From Parachlamydiales bacterium (GTDB lineage: Bacteria > Chlamydiota > Chlamydiia > Chlamydiales > Parachlamydiaceae): a DNA stretch of 20,662 bases. Where the stretch lies: assembly GCA_020051075.1 (NCBI GenBank), contig JAGVJP010000005.1, positions 62,001 to 82,662 of the forward strand. Direction: 5' to 3'. Every line of letters starts with the position of its first letter. The stretch's first letter is position 1. This document shows, piece by piece, positions 1 through 8,761 of the stretch. The position numbers and the translations under genes were made by a program. A model generated the notes under the pieces. The model was not told the DNA's origin, ran no database searches, and worked only from the letters and a program-made list of their open reading frames with translations.

Positions 1-2
1 AT

Positions 3-314
3 CCTTTGGGATATTGCTATCATGCGATGAATCTGATCCGCTATTATGATCATAAGGCGCCAACATTTGTCATCGCACTCAATTCTAATAAAGAGTATTA
101 TGAAGAGTTAAAAAAACATCTTTTTGAAAGATTCATCCCTGATAAAAGCGTCATTTGGCAAAGCCAAGACCTCGAATTTGAAGAACTCTTCTCCCATACA
201 AAACTTCAAGAAGCGGTCGATGATCAAACAACGTTTTATGTGTGTCAACAAGGAGTCTGCCAAGCGCCAGAAACAGACATAAAAAGCATGATCAAGTTGA
301 TAGACGAATTTTAA
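3..314 (+). CDS. C-terminal part of a thioredoxin-domain/DUF255 (YyaL/SSP411-like) protein, 5'-partial
   Basis: The frame is open from the window edge. It ends with FYVCQQGVCQAPETD, matching the YVCxxxxCxxP terminal motif typical of the YyaL family. Confidence 0.7.
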   Translation, partial: PLGYCYHAMNLIRYYDHKAPTFVIALNSNKEYYEELKKHLFERFIPDKSVIWQSQDLEFEELFSHTKLQEAVDDQTTFYVCQQGVCQAPETDIKSMIKLIDEF

Positions 315-341
315 AACATCCGCACCCGTGCCAACAACGTC

Positions 342-600
342 AGAATGCGAAGACAAGATCGACAGGATAGACAAAAAACAGGATGGGCAAGATCGCTTCG
401 CGGCAGGATAGGCAGGATATAAAGGGTAAAAAAAATAGGATGATGAAATAATTAATACAGAATAAATGATTGTCTTCTAACTATTTTATATCTTTTTCTT
501 AATTATGTCTGAATTTTCCTATTATCTTGCCTATCCTGCCGCGAAGCGATCTTGCCCATCCTGTTTTTTGTCTATCCTGTCGATCTTGTCTTCGCATTCT
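342..600. repeat. Long palindromic element, copy 1 (MITE/REPIN-like)
   Basis: 342-414 is the exact reverse complement of 528-600 (73 bp). It extends to 342-419/523-600 with one mismatch, around an AT-rich spacer of about 103 bp. Confidence 0.95.
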
Positions 601-687
601 TACATTTTGGCCACTCACTCCCTCGCCTCAATTCTTGACAACATTTTTATTTATATTTGCAAATGCACTCCTACATGAAATATTCAT

Positions 688-715
688 TTTCTAAAAAAGA
701 TTCAAGTCGTATAAT
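688..715 (+). promoter_or_regulatory. Putative sigma70/sigma66 promoter of the TPR gene
   Basis: Perfect TATAAT at 710-715 and a weak -35 (TTTCTA, 688-693, 16 bp spacing). The -10 ends 27 bp before ATG 743. Confidence 0.35.
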
Positions 716-742
716 TGGGAATGTTTTAACCCATATGGTAAC

Positions 743-2821
743 ATGACCTCACTTCATAAGCTATTGATCCAGATCGAGCAGTCAAGTTCTTTTGAACAAT
801 TGGAGCCTTTAAAGAGCCCCGATGTATGGAAAAATCTCTCGCATGAAGAGCGTTTTCTCCTTGCACGGTTGCTTGTCATCCAAGGATCACATCAACTTTC
901 TCAAGGCAGCCAGCAAGTCATTGAGAGTTTTGCAATAGCCCTTGATATTTCAAATAATCATGCAGACATTTTATTCCAACAAGCCCTGGCTTACGCTTCC
1001 TATAAAGACAATATTAGATGCCTGTACTTGGCTTCCTCAGCACTGCACTCCTGTTTACAGCAAAATCCCAATCATTTTTACGCTTGGTTTCTTCTCGGAC
1101 AAGTGAAAACATTCTGCGGGCTCTTTGAAACCGATGTAAATCTCCTAAATGAAGCCAACGACTGCTTTGAAAAGGCTTATCTTCAATTTGACGCTGATCA
1201 AACTTCGAAAGAGGAGTTCTTTTGGAAATGGGGACTTTGCCTCTTCACTTTAGGTAAAATGGCCGGCGAGCCTTGTGACATAAACCGGGCAAACGAGAAG
1301 TACTACCTCGCCTATGCGCTCGGCTTTCGGGTTCCGGAATTTTTAAACGACTATGGCGAAAGCTTTGCTCTTCTATCGTCTCTGCTTGCTAAATATGATT
1401 ACATCAAAGAAGCTTTCCACCTATTCAATGAAGCGATCGCTCAAGATGATTCCTTTTTTGCAGGATGGTTAAATCGCGCTTGCACTCTAAGAACGATGTG
1501 CAGATTCGAATGGAATGACATCCTCCTCGAAGAGGCAGAGCTGAGTTTCATCAAAGCGAGCGAACTCAATCCAGAAGACCCGAACCTTTGGACGGAATGG
1601 GCCATCCATGAGGCAGCTCTCGCAAAAATCTCTCATGATCCAATGAGAATGAAGACTGCACAAAAGAAATTTGCTCAAGCTGAATTGCTTGATCCCCATC
1701 ACGCCAATCCCCTCATTCTTAAAATTTGGGCTGAAGCCGACCTTTTTCTTGGAAAAGAGGAAGAGTCGTTGCAATTCCTACATGAAGCACGCAGTAAAAT
1801 CATTAAAAGTTTAGAAATCTCCGCTGTTGACCCCGATGCATGGTTCATCTACGGCTCATGCCTCAATGAACTTGGCAATTACTTTACTGATGAAAGCTAT
1901 TTCTACCAAGCGATAGAAAAATTTAAGTATGGCCTAACTCTTACTGATCAAAACGGTGCCTTATGGTATGGATTAGCCCTGACCCATTTTCATCTTGCTG
2001 AAATAAGCGAAGACGAACTGTCTTATGAAAAGAGTATTAACTGCTTTTCTTTAGCTTTAGAAAACGGTATCCATGATTTTCCTGAGTTCTGGAATGACTA
2101 TGCAGTCGCTTTGATGAAGCTGGGAGATTTAACGGAAAATGCTTCTTATGTTCAAACGGCTGTTGGGAAATTTGAAAAAATTTTTAATGCCTCTCCTTAT
2201 GAAATTCATGTCGAAAACTGGGATCTTGAATGGGTCTTAAACTATGCATGCGCTTTTTTATTATTAGGCGAACTCACTGAAAACCTGCAAGATCTGGAAA
2301 AAGCCATCCACCTTTCTATTCAAATTGTCCAGTTTGATTTAACTTACATACAAGCACGTTATCAGCTTGGTATATCATTTGCCGCGTTAGGTGAAATGAC
2401 CCAAGAAGTGGATTGCTTTCACAAAGCCATTGAACAATTTCAATCGATTTTAGATATCAACCCAGAAGATGATGTTGTTCATATTGATCAAGGGACGACA
2501 TATATAAATCTAGGACTCTTAGTTCAGGATCCCCATTATCCAGAAAGAATTCAATCACTCCTTAAAAGTGCCGAGAGACATTTTTTGGAAGGGATGACAT
2601 TAGGGAATGCCCTTGCTAACTACCTGCTTGCAGGCCTCTATTCCCTGCTCGAGCAGTATGACCAAGCCATGTTTTATCTTGAACGGGCGGACAAGCTAGA
2701 CGTCCTTCCAGATATTGAAGAGCTCTTACATGACGAATGGTTAGAGGGGTTGAGGCAGACTCCGGCGTTTAGATGTTTTATCGACGAACTCTCAAGCCAA
2801 TACCCGACTGAAGAAAAATAG
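743..2821 (+). CDS. Tetratricopeptide repeat (TPR) protein
   Basis: 692 aa with many TPR-like helical pairs (e.g. AWFLLGQ, AWFIYGSCL, ARYQLGISF). The C-terminal segment YLLAGLYSLLEQYDQAMFYLERA...DEWLEGLR resembles a TPR cap. Confidence 0.85.
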   Translation: MTSLHKLLIQIEQSSSFEQLEPLKSPDVWKNLSHEERFLLARLLVIQGSHQLSQGSQQVIESFAIALDISNNHADILFQQALAYASYKDNIRCLYLASSALHSCLQQNPNHFYAWFLLGQVKTFCGLFETDVNLLNEANDCFEKAYLQFDADQTSKEEFFWKWGLCLFTLGKMAGEPCDINRANEKYYLAYALGFRVPEFLNDYGESFALLSSLLAKYDYIKEAFHLFNEAIAQDDSFFAGWLNRACTLRTMCRFEWNDILLEEAELSFIKASELNPEDPNLWTEWAIHEAALAKISHDPMRMKTAQKKFAQAELLDPHHANPLILKIWAEADLFLGKEEESLQFLHEARSKIIKSLEISAVDPDAWFIYGSCLNELGNYFTDESYFYQAIEKFKYGLTLTDQNGALWYGLALTHFHLAEISEDELSYEKSINCFSLALENGIHDFPEFWNDYAVALMKLGDLTENASYVQTAVGKFEKIFNASPYEIHVENWDLEWVLNYACAFLLLGELTENLQDLEKAIHLSIQIVQFDLTYIQARYQLGISFAALGEMTQEVDCFHKAIEQFQSILDINPEDDVVHIDQGTTYINLGLLVQDPHYPERIQSLLKSAERHFLEGMTLGNALANYLLAGLYSLLEQYDQAMFYLERADKLDVLPDIEELLHDEWLEGLRQTPAFRCFIDELSSQYPTEEK

Positions 2822-2825
2822 TCAC

Positions 2826-3035
2826 GGATAAGCAAAAAGGACAAAACAGGATAGACAGGATGGGTAGGATCGCTTCGCGGCAGGATAGCAAGATAGGGAA
2901 GAGAGAAAATTAGGCACAATTAAGAGAAAAAATAAAAGAATAGATTTCATCCAATTTATCTTCCCTATCTTGCTATCCTGCCGCGAAGCGATCCTACCCA
3001 TCCTGTCTATCCTGTTTTGTCCCCTTTGTTTATCC
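2826..3035. repeat. Long palindromic element, copy 2 (same family as 342-600)
   Basis: 2839-2902 is the exact reverse complement of 2959-3022 (64 bp). It extends to 2826-2902/2959-3035 with 3 mismatches, around a 56 bp spacer. It shares the core CAGGATGGGYARGATCGCTTCGCGGCAGGATAG with copy 1. Confidence 0.95.
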
Positions 3036-3101
3036 TGTGTATCTTTGAGTAACTGGCATTGCCGGTCTTGGTTTATGTGTCTTGTGGCAAGGAAGTCAAA
3101 A

Positions 3102-3332
3102 TCATTTAACTAAGCGAATGTTCCGGCTGTTTGGAATGTGAAGGTCTTGTTCTTCATCAAGGACAGTTTTTGCCTGGTGCAAAAGGAATGTGGCAAGTCC
3201 TTTATCACCCTGATAGGTCATTTCCACTTCCATCTCACCATCTTCTGCAGGCGGTCCGCAAGTAATCAACACATAACAAGAAGGATCCTTATCGATAACC
3301 TTTTGTAGTTCCTTGCGCCCTCTTTTGTCCAT
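3102..3332 (-). CDS. Small hypothetical protein (76 aa, CYVLITC...EVEMTYQGD), recalled as chlamydia-conserved
   Basis: ATG at 3332 with an AAGGGA SD just upstream is preferred over the 3419 start in the ORF track. The family resemblance is from memory only. Confidence 0.7.
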   Translation of the reverse strand: MDKRGRKELQKVIDKDPSCYVLITCGPPAEDGEMEVEMTYQGDKGLATFLLHQAKTVLDEEQDLHIPNSRNIRLVK

Positions 3333-3481
3333 ATAATCCCTTGGCTGGTTGTTAGTCAGATGTATTTTTCTTATTGCCACATTAGCCGATAGTCCAATTT
3401 TTACCAAGTAAGTTTTCACGAAATTGCATTTTATTCACCAACCTGTCATAGAGTTCGATAAACAGTAAATCCTGAAAAATT

Positions 3482-4708
3482 ATGTCTTCTTATACCAGCT
3501 CTCTCAATTGGATCTTTTCTCAAGAGTCCCAGCTTATTGAAAGATTGCATCAATGGGTAGGTATCAACACCTATTCATTAAATTACACAGGATTGAATCG
3601 ACTGCTTCAAGTTCTTCATGATGCCTTTAAACCTCTTGGAGGAACGTCTCAACTGATCTCTCTCCCTTCCTATCAGAAACTCACTCCCACGGGATTGCTT
3701 CAGAGCCATCCTTTAGGTCAGGCATTATCGATCAGGTCCCGTCCTTCTGCGCCAATTCAAATTTTACTAGCCGGTCATTTAGACACTGTATTTTCTCCTT
3801 CCAGTCCATTTCAATCTTTGCAGCAGCAGGATAACCAGCGGTTAACCGGTCCTGGAGCCGCAGACATGAAAGGAGGGCTCGCGATTCTTCTCACCCTCCT
3901 CGAAGCACTGGAACGTTCCCCTCTCAAAGAATCGCTGGGATGGGAGGTATTGATCACTCCCGATGAAGAAATTGGATCTCCTGGGTCAACACCTCTCTAT
4001 CGTGAAGCGGCTCGACGCCATGATCTTGCTCTAATTTTTGAACCTGCATTTCCCGACGGAGCTTTCGTCGATGAGAGAAAAGGTTCATCCAATTTTACGA
4101 TTGCCTATGTTGGACAATCAGCCCACGTTGGCCGTGATTTTGACAAGGGAAGAAGTGCTGTCATTCCGCTGACACGTCTCATTTCTGAACTCCAAAGTTT
4201 ACTGAATGGTGGAGAGATCACGGTTAATGTCGCAGACCTCTATAGCAACGGTCCAGTCAATATCGTTGCAGACATCGCTTCATGCAGAATAAATATCCGC
4301 AGCTCTGATGGCGAAGCCTTAAGGAAAGCCTCTGAAATCATCCGTTCGGCAGCAGAACACTATGCCCACGCTTCCGATGTAGAATGCCATTGCCATCAAG
4401 ACTCATTTAGACTTCCTAAATCATTGGATGCAACATCAGAATTTCTTTTTAACGCCTATGGACAGTGCGCCCAAGAGCTGCAGATCCCTTTTAACTGCCG
4501 CGCGACTGGAGGAGTCTGTGACGGAAATATCCTAGCAAACGCTGGACTTCCCACTCTAGATACAGCAGGAGTTGTTGGAGGCGGCCTGCACACAGAAAAC
4601 GAATATCTCCTTACCTCAAGCCTCACTGAAAGAGCCTCTCTTGCAGCATTATTCCTATTCAAACTCGCATCTCGGGAGATCATCTTACCCAGTAAGGCAA
4701 TACTATGA
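3482..4708 (+). CDS. M20 family metallo-hydrolase (carboxypeptidase G2-like), probable succinylglutamate desuccinylase substitute
   Basis: Zn-binding motifs GHLDTV, GAADMKGG, DEEIGS, FEP and GLHTENE. It is the first gene of the ast cluster and has an ATGA overlap with the next gene. Confidence 0.85.
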   Translation: MSSYTSSLNWIFSQESQLIERLHQWVGINTYSLNYTGLNRLLQVLHDAFKPLGGTSQLISLPSYQKLTPTGLLQSHPLGQALSIRSRPSAPIQILLAGHLDTVFSPSSPFQSLQQQDNQRLTGPGAADMKGGLAILLTLLEALERSPLKESLGWEVLITPDEEIGSPGSTPLYREAARRHDLALIFEPAFPDGAFVDERKGSSNFTIAYVGQSAHVGRDFDKGRSAVIPLTRLISELQSLLNGGEITVNVADLYSNGPVNIVADIASCRINIRSSDGEALRKASEIIRSAAEHYAHASDVECHCHQDSFRLPKSLDATSEFLFNAYGQCAQELQIPFNCRATGGVCDGNILANAGLPTLDTAGVVGGGLHTENEYLLTSSLTERASLAALFLFKLASREIILPSKAIL

Positions 4709-6078
4709 ACATTTTCGATTCACTTGAAGTCAACCGATTTAAACAGGATCCTCGTGTAAGAGAAGGAAAGAAACTCTTGATCGAAGCACTCCAGGAACAT
4801 CAAAAGCGATTAACACAAGTCAAGCCTCCGAAGGAAGAACTTTTGCAGTCCTATTACGACACACTAGCACTGTTTCATTCGATACGTGGAGGCAAACTCT
4901 ATTACCCCTACTTAGGAAGCGGCTGGGGACATGGACCTCTTGTTGAACTTCTTGATGGCAGTGTAAAATACGATATGATCAGCGGTATCGGCCCCCACTT
5001 CTGGGGGCATAGCCACCCAGAGCTCACAGAAGTCGCCCTCGACGCAGCACTAGCTGATACAATTATGCAGGGGCATCTTCAACAAAACCAAGATGCCTAC
5101 ACTCTATCGAATCTCCTCGTCAAGTCTTCGGGATTAGACCACTGCTTCCTATCATCTTCAGGTGCAATGGCCAATGAAAATGCCTTGAAATTGGCTTTTC
5201 ATCGCCACTTCCCTGCCGACCGCATTTTAGCTTTCGATCATTGCTTCATGGGAAGAACGTTAGCCCTTGCGCAAATTACCGATAAGCCGAGCTTTCGGGA
5301 AGGACTGCCTTTGCATCTATCTGTCGATTATATCCCATTCTACCATGCGAATTATCCTGAAGAAAGCACAAAACTCTCTGTAAATACTCTAAAACAACAT
5401 TTAAACCGCTATCCCAAACGCCATGCAGTGATGTGCTTTGAGCTTATACAAGGCGAAGGCGGATTCAACGTCGGAACAAGAGACTACTTCGTTGCTCTAA
5501 TGGAAGTGTTAAAAGAACACCAGGTGGCCATCTTTGTCGATGAAATCCAAACGTTTGGGAGAACAACAGAACTTTTTGCCTATCAATATTTTGGCCTTGA
5601 AAGCTATGTCGACCTCGTCTCTATTGGCAAGCTATCGCAAGTCTGTGCGACCCTTTTTAAAAGTGATTATAAGCCCAAACCAGGCCTTCTCAGTCAGACT
5701 TTCACTAGCAGTTCCATCGCACTGAAAGCTAGCTGTTGGATTCTTCAACATCTGCTGTCCGATCGATTCTTTGGTCCAGACGGCACTCTAGCAAGACTCC
5801 ATGGTCGCTTTGTAGAACATTTCTCCAGAATAGAGACAGATGACTCCACCCTTGTGCAAGGACCTTATGGAATCGGATCTATGATTGCTTTTACCCCTTT
5901 TGGAGGAGAACATAGCCAAGTGGAAAAATTTGTACAAAAACTTTTTGAAGCCGGAGTCATCTCTTTCGTCGCAGGAAGCCATCCGACACGCGTCCGGCTG
6001 TTGATACCAGCAGGTGTGATGACTCTTGACGATGTCGATGCTGTCATGCAAATTATTGAAAAGACATTAAAAACTTAA
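4705..6078 (+). CDS. astC: Class III PLP aminotransferase, succinylornithine/acetylornithine transaminase
   Basis: Motifs SSGAMANENALK, FMGRT, ELIQGEGG, DEIQTFGRT and the PLP lysine in SIGK. It lies within the ast cluster. Confidence 0.8.
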   Translation: MNIFDSLEVNRFKQDPRVREGKKLLIEALQEHQKRLTQVKPPKEELLQSYYDTLALFHSIRGGKLYYPYLGSGWGHGPLVELLDGSVKYDMISGIGPHFWGHSHPELTEVALDAALADTIMQGHLQQNQDAYTLSNLLVKSSGLDHCFLSSSGAMANENALKLAFHRHFPADRILAFDHCFMGRTLALAQITDKPSFREGLPLHLSVDYIPFYHANYPEESTKLSVNTLKQHLNRYPKRHAVMCFELIQGEGGFNVGTRDYFVALMEVLKEHQVAIFVDEIQTFGRTTELFAYQYFGLESYVDLVSIGKLSQVCATLFKSDYKPKPGLLSQTFTSSSIALKASCWILQHLLSDRFFGPDGTLARLHGRFVEHFSRIETDDSTLVQGPYGIGSMIAFTPFGGEHSQVEKFVQKLFEAGVISFVAGSHPTRVRLLIPAGVMTLDDVDAVMQIIEKTLKT

Positions 6079-6089
6079 GTTAAAAAACT

Positions 6090-7103
6090 ATGATTATCAT
6101 ACGCCCCATCACATGCAAAGACCTCGGCGCTTTCGCTGAATTCTCTTTTGAATCGCTCCTGGGAATAACCACTCTCCCAAGAGATCGGGAGAAGCTGCAG
6201 GAGAAGGTGCTCCATTCAGAGTCGTGTTTCTCTTCCCAAGTGAACACGCCTGGCCAAGAGGAGTACTATTTTGTCTTAGAAGACCTCACAACAGGGCGAA
6301 TTGGAGGGGTTTGCGGCATCATGGCACAAAGCAGCCGCAATCTCACCTACTTCTACAAAATAGAAAACTCCCCCACTCAGGCCAAACATATTTCAGCTCC
6401 CAAAGAGATACAAATATTACGCGTCGTCACAAACCCCTGTCATTCCTCCGAAGTCTGCTCTCTCTACTTGCAGCCAACATTCCGTCATGGAGGACAGGGC
6501 CGCCTTCTTTCGTTGAGCCGGTTCCTCTTCATCGCCGCCCATCGGTCACGCTTCGAAAAGAAAATTATCGCAGAGATACGTGGATACATAGATCAACGGC
6601 AGATATCCCCCTTTTGGGACAACATCGGACGCCATTTTTGCAATCTCTCCTTTGTTGAGTTAATGGCCCAGATTGACCTCGACCGCACCTTTGTTGCCGA
6701 GATCCTCCCCCAATATCCTATCTATATTCCTCTACTCCCACAGGAAGCCCAAGATGTGATTGGAAAAGCTCATGATAACTCAAAACCGGCTCTATCGATG
6801 CTCGCGCAAGAGAATTTCGAATATAACCACGAAGTCGATATCTTCGACGCCGGCCCCCATCTAGAGGCAGCAACTGCAAATATCCGCACGATTAAAAATA
6901 GCTGCGTCATCACTATCCGTCTGACCAAAGATCTCCTTTCAGAAGAAAATGAATACCTCATCGGGAATGAGCGGTTAGATTTTAGATGTTGCTATGGCAA
7001 GCTGCAATTCACCTCTAAAAAAGAGGCGCTGATCAATGAAAAAGTTGCAGAAGCTCTCCATGTTGAAGATGGGGATTCCATCCGTTTTATTACTGTTCAC
7101 TGA
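6090..7103 (+). CDS. astA: Arginine N-succinyltransferase
   Basis: Motifs GITTLP, EVCSLYL, GRLLSLSRFLFIA, AEIRG, SPFW and DIFDAGP of the AstA family. Confidence 0.93.
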   Translation: MIIIRPITCKDLGAFAEFSFESLLGITTLPRDREKLQEKVLHSESCFSSQVNTPGQEEYYFVLEDLTTGRIGGVCGIMAQSSRNLTYFYKIENSPTQAKHISAPKEIQILRVVTNPCHSSEVCSLYLQPTFRHGGQGRLLSLSRFLFIAAHRSRFEKKIIAEIRGYIDQRQISPFWDNIGRHFCNLSFVELMAQIDLDRTFVAEILPQYPIYIPLLPQEAQDVIGKAHDNSKPALSMLAQENFEYNHEVDIFDAGPHLEAATANIRTIKNSCVITIRLTKDLLSEENEYLIGNERLDFRCCYGKLQFTSKKEALINEKVAEALHVEDGDSIRFITVH

Positions 7104-7112
7104 GGTTAAAGA

Positions 7113-8534
7113 ATGAATCATTCACAACTATTCCAATCGATAAATCCCGCTGATGGAACCATCGTCTGGGAAGGATGTGAAGCCTCTTCGACAGCTGTCG
7201 ACCAAGCTGTGCAGTATGCCGCAGCAGCGTCCGCCAGCTGGTCTTGCCTTTCTATCAATGAAAGGAGTGCTTACTTCATTGGGTTTGAAGATAAGCTCAA
7301 AGAGAAGAAGCAGTTCCTCGCCGAAGTGATCTCAAAAGAAACCGGAAAGCCTCTCTGGGAGTCTCGAAACGAAGTCAACGCCATGATAGCGAAAATTCCA
7401 TTATCACTTGAAGCTTATGGAGCCCGCTGTGCTGGGATTATCCATCGGCAGGAAGAGACCTATTCCATCACCCGCCATCGCCCTCATGGCGTTGTCGCTG
7501 TCATGGGACCATTTAATTTCCCCGGTCATCTGCCGAATGGACATATCGTTCCTGCCTTATTGGCGGGTAATACCATTGTATTTAAACCAAGCGAACTCAC
7601 CCCTTGGATGGGAGAAGAAATGGTCCGCTGTTGGCATGAGGCCGGACTCCCCCCTGGAGTACTTAACCTCATCCAAGGAGGACGCTCAACCGGGCAAGCC
7701 CTCGCCAGCCATCCTGCCATCCAAGGGCTCTTTTTCACAGGAAGCTATTCGACAGGAAAGTCTTTAACAGCATTATTTGCCAACATGCCTGGGAAAATCT
7801 TAGCTCTTGAAATGGGGGGGAACAATCCTCTGGTGATCGGGAGGATTAGCGACTGGGACGCCGCAGTCGACCTAACAATAGAATCGGCTTTTTTGACATC
7901 AGGGCAACGCTGCACCTGCGCCAGGCGATTGATTGTTCCACGGTCAAAAGAAGGCGATTTCTTTATTGATAAGTTAACAGACCAAACAAAAAAAATCACC
8001 ATTGGTACCTACACGGATGATCCAGAACCTTACATGGGTCCCGTCATCACTGAAAAGCAGGCATTGAACCTGATTGAAGAGCAAAGGAAGCTTGTCGAAA
8101 AAGGGGGACGTGCAATCTTAGAGATGAGGCAATTGAAAAAGGGGACTGGATTGGTCACACCAAGTTTAATCGACGTCACTGCAATGAAAGAGCGCATCGA
8201 TGAAGAATTTTTTGGACCCTTGCTCCAAATCATCCGCGTCAATGATTTCGCTGAAGCGATTGCAGAGGCTAACAATACAAAATATGGATTGTCTGCCGCC
8301 CTTTTCAGCGACAGCCATGATGAATACAGTTTATTCTATCAATCGGTGAAAGCCGGGGTGATCAACTGGAATACCCCGCTCACTGGAGCCACCAGCGCAG
8401 CCCCTTTCGGAGGGGTCAAATGCAGTGGAAATCATCGCCCCAGTGCCTTCTATGCAGCCGATTATTGCGCATACCCCGTCGCCTCAATGGAGCGTCCGAC
8501 TCTCAGCAAAGATAGCAAGACAAAAAGGACCTAA
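7113..8534 (+). CDS. astD: N-succinylglutamate 5-semialdehyde dehydrogenase
   Basis: ALDH motifs GPFNFPGHLPNGH, FTGS, LEMGGNNP and GQRCTC, plus the AstD-specific SGNHRPSAFYAADYCAYP. Confidence 0.95.
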   Translation: MNHSQLFQSINPADGTIVWEGCEASSTAVDQAVQYAAAASASWSCLSINERSAYFIGFEDKLKEKKQFLAEVISKETGKPLWESRNEVNAMIAKIPLSLEAYGARCAGIIHRQEETYSITRHRPHGVVAVMGPFNFPGHLPNGHIVPALLAGNTIVFKPSELTPWMGEEMVRCWHEAGLPPGVLNLIQGGRSTGQALASHPAIQGLFFTGSYSTGKSLTALFANMPGKILALEMGGNNPLVIGRISDWDAAVDLTIESAFLTSGQRCTCARRLIVPRSKEGDFFIDKLTDQTKKITIGTYTDDPEPYMGPVITEKQALNLIEEQRKLVEKGGRAILEMRQLKKGTGLVTPSLIDVTAMKERIDEEFFGPLLQIIRVNDFAEAIAEANNTKYGLSAALFSDSHDEYSLFYQSVKAGVINWNTPLTGATSAAPFGGVKCSGNHRPSAFYAADYCAYPVASMERPTLSKDSKTKRT

Positions 8535-8694
8535 AAAGGTCCCTTCTATTGAGATGACGTATGCACATCATTAAGTTCTTATTTCATGTTTAACCTGGTA
8601 TTATTCCCCAATCGAAACCCCATACGATGATTTCCGCATTATTCATTGATCATAAAAGCGCAATAATAGCCCCTGCAGAATTACAGAAAATGGG

Positions 8695-8724
8695 TTGACT
8701 TTTCTGCTGATCGCATGATAGGAT
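8695..8724 (+). promoter_or_regulatory. Putative sigma70-type promoter of the orphan gene
   Basis: TTGACT (8695-8700), 18 bp spacer, TAGGAT (8719-8724) with an extended -10 TG. SD TAAGGA lies at 8751-8756. Confidence 0.45.
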
Positions 8725-8761
8725 TCCTGACTGCAACTTAAAACTAATTTTAAGGATTCAT

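Noticed and set aside
342..600. CRISPR array interpretation of the repeats
   Set aside because: The repeats are inverted arms, not direct repeats with unique spacers, and there are no cas genes.
3333..3419. Longer start for the small minus-strand gene
   Set aside because: It has no clear SD and runs into the divergent promoter region. ATG 3332 has an SD.
3422..3438. Possible ARG box (TGCATTTTATTCA) upstream of the ast cluster
   Set aside because: The spacer is one base shorter than the TGAAT-N4-ATTCA consensus and there is no tandem second box.
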